This document shows positions 37,301-47,688 of a stretch of DNA of 64,000 nt, one piece after another. Position 1 is the stretch's first letter, and the number at the start of each line of letters is the position of its first letter. The notes below the pieces were generated by a model. The model searched no databases and was not told the origin of the DNA. It saw only the letters and a list, made by a program, of their open reading frames with translations. A program made the translations under genes and the position numbers. This DNA is from Macrostomum hystrix (lineage: Eukaryota; Animalia; Platyhelminthes): assembly GCA_950097015.1 (NCBI GenBank), contig CATNEN010000001.1:24552001-24616000 (forward strand), read 5' to 3'.

Positions 37301-37504
37301 AGGAAAGCAAAAGCGAGTTCTTTAAATTGTATTTTGTACAGTGTTTATTATTAGCATTACTGTTATTTGAGTGCAGTACAAAAATATTACAAGGATCAAT
37401 GAACCATTCAAGAAAAAACGCCAGAAAGTGAGAATTTGGAGAGAAAAAAACGCCTAACGCAAAAAAAACGCCAGCGTTAAAAAACGCCACAAGTGGCAAC
37501 ACTG
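34330..37504 (-). mobile_element. Full-length hAT DNA transposon
   Basis: Perfect 13-bp TIRs CAGTGTTGCCACT (34330-34342 / 37492-37504); perfect 8-bp TSD ATCCTTGG (34322-34329 / 37505-37512); AAAAAACGCC subterminal motifs. Confidence 0.95.
34581..37082 (-). pseudogene. hAT transposase with one premature stop; intron 34991-34905
   Basis: BED-like finger (AFCLFC...IKQHMKAKIH), SISYDES, SDG, CTLH, RW, GNADAERF. Stop at 36311-36309 lies inside an 18-bp insertion. Spliced exon 34904-34581 encodes a coiled coil ending PKKKKN*. Confidence 0.88.
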
Positions 37505-38778
37505 ATCCTTGGCCCGAAAGAGATAAAGTCACGAAGTCCTGAGAAGCGCACACCGTGCAGAGTTTCAGTCGCAGTTAAAGGCTGTCAGTGTCCTGTGTAG
37601 CTCGGGTGGTGGGGGGAAGGCTAAGTTAGATTCGGGACTTAGCCAGAACTGAGCTTGCGAGCAGTCACACGCAGAGACTGAAGTGGGAAACTTAGACACT
37701 GATGGCACTGACAAGAGAGACTGAAATAATGTCAGAGAAAAAGTGAATGACAGGAAGAGGCTGGGTTGAGGGCCAGAGGAGCGGGGAGCTTTCTTTTATA
37801 GGCAGAGGCCTCCCATAGGGTCAGTGCAGAGTTAGAAAACACGTGATGGAATCACATGGTTTCTAAAAATAGCAACTGACATCAGTGGCGCCAGAAACGT
37901 CACTCCTACGTAGGTTCCTGTCCCATAATCAAAGCCCCAAGTGCAGTAAACGTGTTTACTTGCACTTTAAAAGACAAAGAGAGAGGCCAGTCACATGAGG
38001 AGAATCACGCGCTGACTGAGTGCAGACAACCACACACAAAGAAAAAGGACAAGGGACAACAAAGCCAGCGCGGGACAAAGAGGTGATGACTCATCCCTGG
38101 GGGGAAGAGACAACACACTCTAAGTGTAGGTGCCGCCGGGAAGGGAAAGGCAGAGAGGGGCAGACCAGACAACGCCAGAGAGGGTGGGCCGGGTAGCCAC
38201 TCAATGCAAGCAAAAAGGGGACACCTAAGCTACCTTGCAGGTGGGGCTACTGACAGCTAGTGAGACACCAATAGGCCCTAAGCAGTGGCTCACTACACTC
38301 TCCCTATCCAAATAAATAGTCGGAGAGACAAACGGAGAAAATTTATTGAACAAAATGGAAACCGAAAATGTACTTCAGGCGCACAACAGATATAGGCGCA
38401 CACTCGAAAACTAAAAATAGGGCAGACTGCCCAGCAAAATGCTCACTGAAAAATTAGGGTCATGAACAGAAAACATTCCTGGGTCAGCAGAGAAAAGAAA
38501 CTGTCAAAAATTAAGCAAAACTTACACAAAACGGGGTCAAAATTGGGTTACGTCATAGCAAGGAGCAAGAGACTCCTGGCATAAAAGTAGGAAAATGTGC
38601 GACCTAACATGCATAGCGTCACACTGCGCTTTAAAATTTGGGCAGAGCTCCCAGGTGACTATAGAGATGCCCACTTTCACAGTAGTTCCTCTAGTGCCAA
38701 TGGGCAGATTCAACGCCATTTAGAAAATAATGGGCGTCCGGCACTTTCGGGCAACTAGCTACAGCCTTAGCAAAGGCT

Positions 38779-39588
38779 TCAGAGGCTGCCCAGGTGGCGA
38801 CAAGGGTGGCGAGCGGGCCGCAGATAGGGGCGAGCTAGGACTAAGGCAGCATCCAGGATGGCCTGATGTTCGCTTACGTGCAACACCTGGATGGCCCGGA
38901 GAAGCGGCCAGCTGTGGTAACCGATGTCAACATTGAAACGAGCCATGTCCATTATCAATCCCGCGAGCTCTTGTGCGGCAGTGTCGCGTAACTCAGCCGT
39001 GCCGTCGCCCGCCTCCGTCATTGTGCTAGCATCAACTTGGATGGGCGGCGCCGTTGGCAGTAACATGCCCGGCACAGGCGAAGGTGGCATGCACGGCGGC
39101 GTCACCGGCTCCAGTTTAACCTGTGGGCTAGCAGAAAAGAGGAGCTGCGCCGGGGGCCTGTCATCTTGGTTCAATGGCGTCAAGGGTTGACGCGCCAATG
39201 CTGGTGTCTCGGCCGCTGCCCTCTGGGACATCCGAATCCTGCGGATCCGCAGCAGGATAGGATCATTTTCCACTGCTTCGATGGGCACAGGCCGAGAAGC
39301 AGAGCTAGTTGAGTGGCTGACGAGCCGCCGCGTTGGCAGGCTGCCAGGCTGGGGATGCCTGTTCTCGCGAGCTGCTCGATGGGCGGCTGGTGTGCCGATC
39401 CGGAGATGGACCGGAACCCTGGGCGCGTTTCTGGGGCCGCCGAATGGCTCGAATTGTCCGCCAGCGGCTCCTATGGCGCGAGCCCTCGATGGCGGTGCGT
39501 CAGGACGCGTCGGCAGACGCCTTCCGGCTGGCCCGTCATCATCAGAGGAGTCAGAACGGGGAACATGGCGTCGCTTGGTTGGCAGCAT
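38779..39588 (-). other. 269-aa Pro/Arg-rich ORF in the internal region upstream of the PPT/LTR; possible accessory retroelement ORF
   Basis: ATG-initiated ORF in a GC-rich block, same orientation as the adjacent LTR; no recognisable domain. Confidence 0.35.
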
Positions 39589-39862
39589 CGTCGAGCTGTA
39601 ACGGGGTAAAAGGCGACGAACTCTGCGGGCTACGCCGCTAACATAGGTTTTCGCCGTGAAGAACCCAGAGGTTCTTCATAGGCTTTGTAAATGTGTGAAT
39701 TAATGTAAGGGTTTAAAAAGTTAAGCAATATTTGAAAATGTCTAGCAATCTTATTAAAACGAATATGGTGCTACCAACTTATTTCTATATTTTCCGCTTT
39801 GAATACAGTCAATCCATTGCAGTTGCAGACCTAAAAAATTAAGATTTGCTATAAAACTTCTA

Positions 39863-42800
39863 ATGACCACCGCGTTTGAAACAGAAATGGGTGTCATGCC
39901 CGAACTGTCAAAGGCTGTATCTGAGATGGACTGGATTTTGCCCACCGACATTCAGGGCGAAGCTGTGCCGCTGATCCTTGGCGGCGGCGATGTCCTAATG
40001 GCTGCTGAAACTGGCAGCGGCAAGACTGGCGCATTCTGCTTGCCGGTCCTGCAGATTGTCTATGAGACACTCAAAGATAATACCGAAGGTCAGATTCAAT
40101 AACTGAGGGCTGTGTGTAAGAAACACACTGGGTATTAATGTAAAAATTAATGGTTCCCTACACTCATAATTTGCTTGCTTATGGCACTTCTGATATTGAT
40201 TATCCACGCAGGCAAGTCGGGCAAGTCGGGAAGCTCAGGTGCATCCGCTGGTGCCAAGGCGTCCGCTAAGCAGTGGCGCTTCAATGTACATGATCGAACA
40301 GAACAGCTGGCCATCGATGCCGAGGGACTGCTGGTGCAGAGTCGGCACCCGAAGGTGGGTTCCGCTTTCGAAGATTTTTAATGCTTTTTAATGTTTTAAT
40401 AAAATATTTTTAAACCTCTGATGGTCATTAAATTCAAAAGCCTTTCAAATCAGACAGTCCTTTCTGTCTTTCAAATGGTCACCCACACCCCTGTCATTCA
40501 AATGGTCATTACCCACTCTCGGGTCAGGGTCAGTAATTCAAATGTGTCATTACCCACTCTCGTGTTGATCATTCAAATGTGTCATTAGCCATTCTCGGTT
40601 CAGTCATTCAAATGGTCATTACCCACTCTCGGTTCAGTCATTCAAATCTGTCATTACCCACTCTCGTGTCGGTCATTCAAATGGTCATTACCCACTCTCG
40701 TGTCAGCAGTTAAAATGGTCATTACCCACTCTCGTGTCAGCAGTTAAAATGGTCATTACCCACTCTCGTGTTAGCAGTTAAAATGGTCATTACCCACTCT
40801 GGAGTCAGTCATTCAAATGGTCATTGCTCCCACCCCAGGACTGGCACGGTGGCAGAGCTGCAGCGGGCGTCAAGAATCGCGGCAAGTACTACTTCGAGGC
40901 CACGGTCACAGACGAAGGCCTCGCCCGCATCGGTTGGGCTACGGCGGCCGCCAAGCTGGATCTGGGCACCGACGGCGAGGGCTACGGCTACGGCGGCACG
41001 GGCAAGAAGTCGCATCACAGACAGTTTGACAACTACGGCGAGTCGTTCATTCTCAGCGATATAATCGGCTGCTTTATCGATCTGGACAAAGGTGAGATTG
41101 AGTTCTCCAAGAATGGAAAGCTATTCGGCAAAGCGTTCGACATTGACCAGGGCCATCGCTCGGCAGCATTCTATCCCTGCATCTGCCTGAAGAACGCAGA
41201 GATGCGCGTGAACTTCGGCCAGACTGAGTTCAAGCATCCGCCGCCAAAGCCTTACACTGCCGTGTGCCAGGCGGCTAAGGACTGCCTGACTATGGGGCCG
41301 GTGAGAATGGACTTGCTTCTCTATCTGTAGTAGTTGTGGCAGTTGTAGTAGTAGTACTAATAGTAGTAAGTAGCGGAAGTAGATGTAGTTGTATTATAGT
41401 GGTGGTAGTTAGTAGCATTTGAGTGTGCCATATAACCTGCGAGACCAGTGACAATTGAAAAATACACGAATCCGAAAATAAGTCCAAGCTGTGTTTACTA
41501 AATGCATTTAAATTGAAACCTGATGAAATCTACAGTTATAACAAAATGCGTTAATATTGGCTGCATATTAGGAAACTTTGCGCTTGTCTAGACCAGTTAA
41601 AAGTTGTCGATTGCTAAAAATAGCAATGACGTCACTCATCCGTAGCACATCGAAGGACATGCAGACTTGCAGCTAAAATATAATATGAGTCACTTAAAGG
41701 ATCACGTGCTCAGGTAAAGGGCACGTTCTACCACTCAGAGTGAAAGAATCCAACAGGCTCGGATCCAAGTCTGAGAACAAAGACCTGAAGGAGATAATAG
41801 ATTAGGAGCGAACTAAGGCAAGCCTAGGTAACGTCGGCATTAGTTAGAGCGAAAATTGAGGTACACCTAGCGACTCACTTCATCAATACTTTCCTGTTGG
41901 GTGTGGCTTAACTAGCTAGCTATGACTGTAGCTGTATTCTCACTGAAACCCACAGTCGAGCTCAAGCAGTCAGACCAGCTGTGCTCAGCCGCCTAAGAAT
42001 GCCCCACTGGCCATCATCATTGAGCCGTCGCGTGAACTAGCCGAGCAGACCTATGAACAATTGCACAAGTTCAAGCGCTACCTGACTAACCCGTGTCCCA
42101 GCGATCTGCTCATTGTTGGTGGCCAGGCCGCCAAGGATCAGGTGGACGCGCTGCGTCGCGGCGTCGATATTGTGGTGGCCACGCCTGGCCGTCTCAAGGA
42201 CCTTATCGATCAGGGCGCCTTGTCTCTGCAGGCCTGCCGACTGTTTGTACTGGACGAATGCGACGGCTTGTTATCGGCTGGTTATGGATCCTTCATTGAC
42301 AGCATTCACCGGGCCATTCCTAAGGTGAGATACCTTGCTTTGAAACAGTAGAACAGGAAATTGTTGGTGAGACATTGAAAGAAAATTATTAGAAACCTGG
42401 CTACAACTTAGGGGAGTTAGAGCGCGGACTAACGACTTGAGGGTCGGTGGTTCGATTCAAGACTCCACTGAAACAGTGTCATTAAAAAGATATTCAAATA
42501 TGTATTGCTTCAGTCACCCAGCTGTTAAATGGAGAGACCATCATTAGCTGGGGTAATTGAGGGTGTCCATGGACTGAAATAGTTGGTGTTTTGCAATGAA
42601 CTGCGGTTTAGATTAATTGCCCAACCCCATAAAGGACGCGTTCACTGTTTTGGACCCTCGAGCATTCAGGGCGGCGTGCACTAGCTCTTAAAGTGTCGTC
42701 CTTGAGCACACTTGGCTTTTAGTTCAGCAGTCCAAAACTACTACACTCCGCCATGCTGTGATTGCACTATGCTTCTCCAATACTAAATCCTATTACCTTA

Positions 42801-45047
42801 ATTCCCTAACTCATTTCTTGATTAAATGCTTAACAGAAGAAACACCACGTTTTTCCCCCGGGATGACCACGAGGCATATCATATACTCACTGCCGTCTTT
42901 CCGATAGCTCCCAAACCGAATGACCTTTAGTGAAAGTCCACCATCTGAATCTCAGCGAGATATTCAGCGAGTCTTGACGGAGACCCTGGTGACGAGGACA
43001 ACTAACATTGCTCTGTGTAAACCTCTATGGCGAATCCATGTTGGTTAAAAATTGGGAAAAAGAACAACTAAATCAATCCAAATAGTCAACAATGATAGCC
43101 GAGATGGTTACATGTTGAAATTTTTCTGAGCATTAAAATGGTTTTTGCTACCAGATGCCCCGACGACAATCTTTGAATATCTCGATTCTCGGTGTTTAAT
43201 TAGATTGAGCTGAAGATTTATTTCGTGTTTTGGACGTATCGCCATTCAGCTGACAACTCACCCTCCTATTTGACCCCGTGGTCAGGTGACCCCCGATGGC
43301 CGCCGGCTCCAGATGGTGGTTTGCTCCGCCACGCTGCACTCCCAGGAGGTCAGACGCATGGCTGAGCGGCTCATGTACTTTCCGGTGTGGATAGATTTGA
43401 AGGGCCAAGACTCCGTGACTGACACCATTCATCACTGCGTGTGCACCGTGGATCCTCACGCTGATCAGAGCTGGCGCCAGTTGCTGGGCAAGCCCAAGGG
43501 CCGAATCCAGACCGACGGCGTGCATCTGAACGACCGGATCGGCGCGTCCGACTCGCCCGAGACCCTGTCCGAGGCGATCAAACTGCTCAAAGGTGAGTAC
43601 GTTATCAGAGCGATCGAGAAGCACCAAATGGATCGCTGCCTGATCTTCTGTCGCACCAAGCTGGACTGCGACAATCTCGAGCAGCTGTTTATTGCTAAGG
43701 GTGGCGGGCCGCGGGCCAGGAAGGCCGCCCCCTACAGCTGCGTCTGCCTGCACAGCGACAGGAAGCCCAACGAGCGAAAGGAGAATCTGGACCGGTTCAA
43801 AAATGGCGACGTTCGGTTCCTTATCTGCACCGATGTGGCTGCCCGTGGCATCGACATTTCAGGTGAGCTAGCTGCTGCCCCTGACTACTTACAGTAGTGC
43901 TGCTACATGTCCTTTAATCTTATCCCACGTCAACCTTCTTTTCTATCTTTGCTGAATGTCCCCCTGCATCTCCGTTCAATTCCCCTCTTATATTTTGCAT
44001 CAATCTCTCCCTGCATTTCCTTTCAATCTGTCCCTGCATCTCCATTCAATCTCTCCCTGCATCTCCCTTCAGTCTCTCCCTTCATCTCCCTTCAATCCTT
44101 CAATATGGCCCTGCATCTCCCTTCAATCTGTCCCTGCATCTCCCTTCCATCTGTCCCTGCATCTCCCTTCAATCTCTCCCTGCAACTCCCTTCAATCTCC
44201 CCCTGCATTTCCCTTCGATCTCTCCCTGCATTTCCCTTCAATCTGTCCCTGCATTTCCCTTCAATCTGTCCCTGCATTTTCCTTCAATCTCCCCTGTATT
44301 TCCCTTCGATCTCTCCCTGCATTTCCCTTCAATCTGTCCCTGCATTTCCCTTCAATCTTTCCCTGCATTTCCCTTCCATATCTCCCTGCATTTCCCTTTA
44401 ATCTCTCCCTGCATCTTCCTTCAATCTCTCCCTGCATCTGCCTTCGATCTCCACGATCATCACCTTTTAACTCCCTTTAATCTCTCCCTGCAACTACCTA
44501 AATCTCATTTCATCTTCATTGAATTTCTTCTGCTGAATCTGTATTGCACATTCGCACTCACATTTCAAATGGAACAGGCCTGCCATTCGTGATCAATGTG
44601 ACCATGCCTGACGAGAAGCAGAACTATGTCCATCGCATTGGTCGCGTCGGCCGCGCCGAACGAATGGGCCTAGCTATATCGCTGGTGTCCGTTGTCAAGG
44701 AGAAAGTGTGGTACCATAGCAACTGTGCTACCAAGGGTCGCGGCTGCACCAACACCAACCTGACTGAACTGGGTGGCTGCTGCATCTGGTACAATGAGCC
44801 CCAGCTGCTGGCCGAGGTTGAAGAACATCTTGGCGTCACCATCGACCAGATCGCATCGGACATGACCGTCCCAGTCAACGAATTCGACGGTCGCGTTATC
44901 TACGGCGAGAAGCAGCGGAAGGGCGCCGCGGGGCTGTACCAGGGACACGTGTCTGTCATGCAGGCTGCCGTGCTGTCCCTGACTAACCTGGAGATGCAGG
45001 CACAGGACAGCTATCTGCAGATGAGGTTCGGTGCCGCCCTGATGTGA
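39863..45047 (+). CDS. DDX1: ATP-dependent RNA helicase DDX1; exons 39863-40088, 40212-40354, 40839-41300, 41956-42324, 43286-43862, 44578-45047
   Basis: EMGVMPEL...PTDIQ...[12 protein letters not shown] insertion ([19 protein letters not shown]), [31 protein letters not shown]; splice phases consistent. Confidence 0.96.
40495..40825. repeat. ~34-36-bp minisatellite in DDX1 intron 2
   Basis: Tandem ..AAATGGTCATTACCCACTCTCG.. units. Confidence 0.88.
42405..42585 (+). mobile_element. SINE copy 2 (DDX1 intron 4)
   Basis: GGTCGGTGGTTCGATTC..GACTCCACT...CACCCAGCTGTTAAATGG...GTCCATGGACTG, matching 30400-30580. Confidence 0.72.
42840..43190 (+). mobile_element. MITE-like dispersed repeat, copy 2 (DDX1 intron 4)
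   Basis: CGAGATATTCAGCGA...GGACAACTAACATTGCTCTG..TAAAC..CTATGGCGAATCCAT...TTGAATATCTCGA, as at 48890-49115. Confidence 0.7.
43960..44500. repeat. 23-bp pyrimidine-rich minisatellite in DDX1 intron 5
   Basis: Tandem CCCTGCATTTCCCTTCAATCTGT. Confidence 0.92.
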
Positions 45048-45259
45048 CCGACAGATCTTCAGAACTGATCAGTAGTCAGTAACTTTATATGCTGCTTCAC
45101 AACTTCCTTTAAACGCTCTTCTGCAACGTTTCCTAGATTTGATCAAATTTCCGAATCAATGAATTCATCAGATTCGCCAAATTCATCAAAAATTTTACTT
45201 TCTTAAAATCGCCAAAATTGGTATTATTTCCTAGAATCGCTGACTTAATTTCCTGGAAT

Positions 45260-45775
45260 CATCAGATTTTCTTATTTCAGACGACTTCCCTGAGATCGCC
45301 GATTAACTTATTTCTGACGTCTTCCCTGAAATCGTCGATTGTCTCATTTTTGACGACTTCCCTGAAATCGCCGATTATCATATTTCAGACGACTTCCCTG
45401 AAATCGTCGATTGTCTTACTTCAGACGACTTCCCTGAGATCGCCGATTATCTTACTTCAGACGACTTCCCTGAGATCGCCGATTATCTTACTTCAGACAA
45501 CTTCCCTGAGATCGCCGATTATCTTACTTCAGACGACTTCCCTGAGATTGCCGATTATCTTACTTCAGACGACTTCCCTGAGATCGCCGATTATACTTCA
45601 GACAACTTCCCTGAGATCGCCGATTATCTTACTTCAGACGACTTCCCTGAAATCGCCGATTATCATATTTCAGACGACTTCCCTGAAATCGTCGATTATC
45701 ATATTTCAGACGACTTCCCTGAGATCGCCGATTATCTTACTTCAGACGACTTCCCTGAGATCGCCGATGATCTTA
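45260..45775. repeat. 36-bp minisatellite downstream of DDX1
   Basis: Tandem TTCAGACGACTTCCCTGAGATCGCCGATTATCTTAC. Confidence 0.93.
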
Positions 45776-46506
45776 TATCGATGAATTCGAAGAAATCGTC
45801 GATTTTTTACGACTTTCCATAGCGGTATTTCATCAAAGTAAGAGATATACTCCAATCGAGAAAAGTTCTTTTCATTGTTTCAATGCTTGCCTAGTCGAGT
45901 TAAACAAATATTTCTGACCAGTGTTTTTTAAATAAAAAAATAGAATAATTTATTTATAAGTTTTTAAGTCCTGGACTTTGATTAAAAGCGGATATGTTGG
46001 GATCATCTGACTTCAATTCGCTTTTTTTTTTTTAATTCTTCTGTTTCCAAGGATGCATTGCTTCGCTAACTACTGGTAGTAATATTATTCGTGGCTCTAT
46101 ATTTTGTCTCTTGGTCCATTCATGGTTTCTGTTGAGCATATACGAGCTAGTTTTACAATTATTTTGCACACAGTCGGTTTCCTCTTGTTGTGGTGTCTTA
46201 TTGAGTATAGCGACCTCTATGCTTTATTTATAGAAAAATCAGTTTTTTGTTTGCTTTTGAGTTCTCATGATATTGTCCTTATCCATGTGTTTGTTCCTTC
46301 CTGCCAAATACACGACCAAAAACTACGAGCTTCATTGCTTACATACTCTTGTGTTGCTTTTTTATATCTTTACCTTACGACTGATCACTTTTTACATGAA
46401 CACGTCATAGAGCCACTGATCACTGACTGTCAATCACACGATCTATCTCCTAACCCAAGAAGCTGAATATATTATGTACATGATAGTGAGACATAGACCG
46501 TTATAT

Positions 46507-47457
46507 TCTGATAATCTACACACTCACTCTGGTGTGCTCACTCATCTACCTGATAATCTACACACTCACTCTGGTGTGCTCACTCATCTACCTGATAATC
46601 TACACACTCACTCAGCTGTGCTCACTCATCTACCTGATAATCTACACACTCACTCTGGTGTGCTCACTCATCTACCTGATAATCTACACACTCACTCAGG
46701 TGTGCTCACTCATCTACCTGATAATCTACACACTCACTCAGCTGTGCTCACTCATCTACCTGATAATCTACACACTCACTCAGCTGTGCTCACTCATCTA
46801 CCTGATAATCTACACACTCACTCAGCTGTGCTCACTCATCTACCTGAAAATCTACACACTCACTCAGGTGTGCTCACTCATCTACCTGATAATCTACACA
46901 CTCACTCCGGTGTGCTCACTCATCTACCTGATAATCTACACACTCACTCAGGTGTGCTCACTCATCTACCTGATAATCTACACACTCACTCAGCTGTGCT
47001 CACTCATCTACCTGATAATCCACACACTCACTCAGGTGTGCTCACTCATCTACCTGATAATCTACACACTCACTCAGGTGTGCTCACTCATCTACCTGAT
47101 AATCTACACACTCACTCAGCTGTGCTCACTCATCTACCTGATAATCCACACACTCACTCAGGTGTGCTCACTCATCTACCTGATAATCCACACACTCACT
47201 CAGCTGTGCTCACTCATCTGACTGATAATCTACACACTCACTCAGGTGTGCTCACTCATCTGACTGATAATCTACACACTCACTCAGGTGTGCTCACTCA
47301 TCTACCTGATAATCTACACACTCACTCAGCTGTGCTCACTCATCTACCTGATAATCCACACACTCACTCAGGTGTGCTCACTCATCTACCTGATAATCCA
47401 CACACTCACTCAGCTGTGCTCACTCATCTGACTGATAATCTACACACTCACTCAGGT
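46507..47457 (+). repeat. 42-bp minisatellite upstream of MYG1 (~22 copies)
   Basis: Tandem CTGATAATCTACACACTCACTCAGGTGTGCTCACTCATCTAC. Confidence 0.96.
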
Positions 47458-47688
47458 TGTATATTGGAGATCTGACTCTTATTGGGAGACTCAACAAGAT
47501 AGGTAAGAGTGTAGATTGTCAGATCATGAGAATAGATTATCGCGATCCTCAGATTGTACTACGCTCGCTATCTTTTGATCCCATCTTCTTAACACGATAT
47601 CTTTTTTAACCAAACATTTCAGCTAAAGCTTTTGTCTCGTCTGCCTGCACTGAGGCCTTTAAAATTAACACCCGCCTTGTCTAGCGCC

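Larger units (their letters stand above)
34192..38309 (-). mobile_element. 3' LTR (~920 bp once the hAT is removed) with polypurine tract, interrupted by the hAT element
   Basis: Minus strand PPT GGATAGGGAGAG (38309-38298) immediately followed by TGTAGTG; ends TACAACA at 34192; TATAAAA near 37800. Confidence 0.6.

Noticed and set aside
43196-43753. Antisense ORFs overlapping DDX1, MYG1 and ELOVL exons
   Set aside because: Shadow ORFs expected from GC-rich codon usage
46474-47475. 333-aa His-rich repeat protein
   Set aside because: Translation of a 42-bp minisatellite that also occurs inverted in an intron
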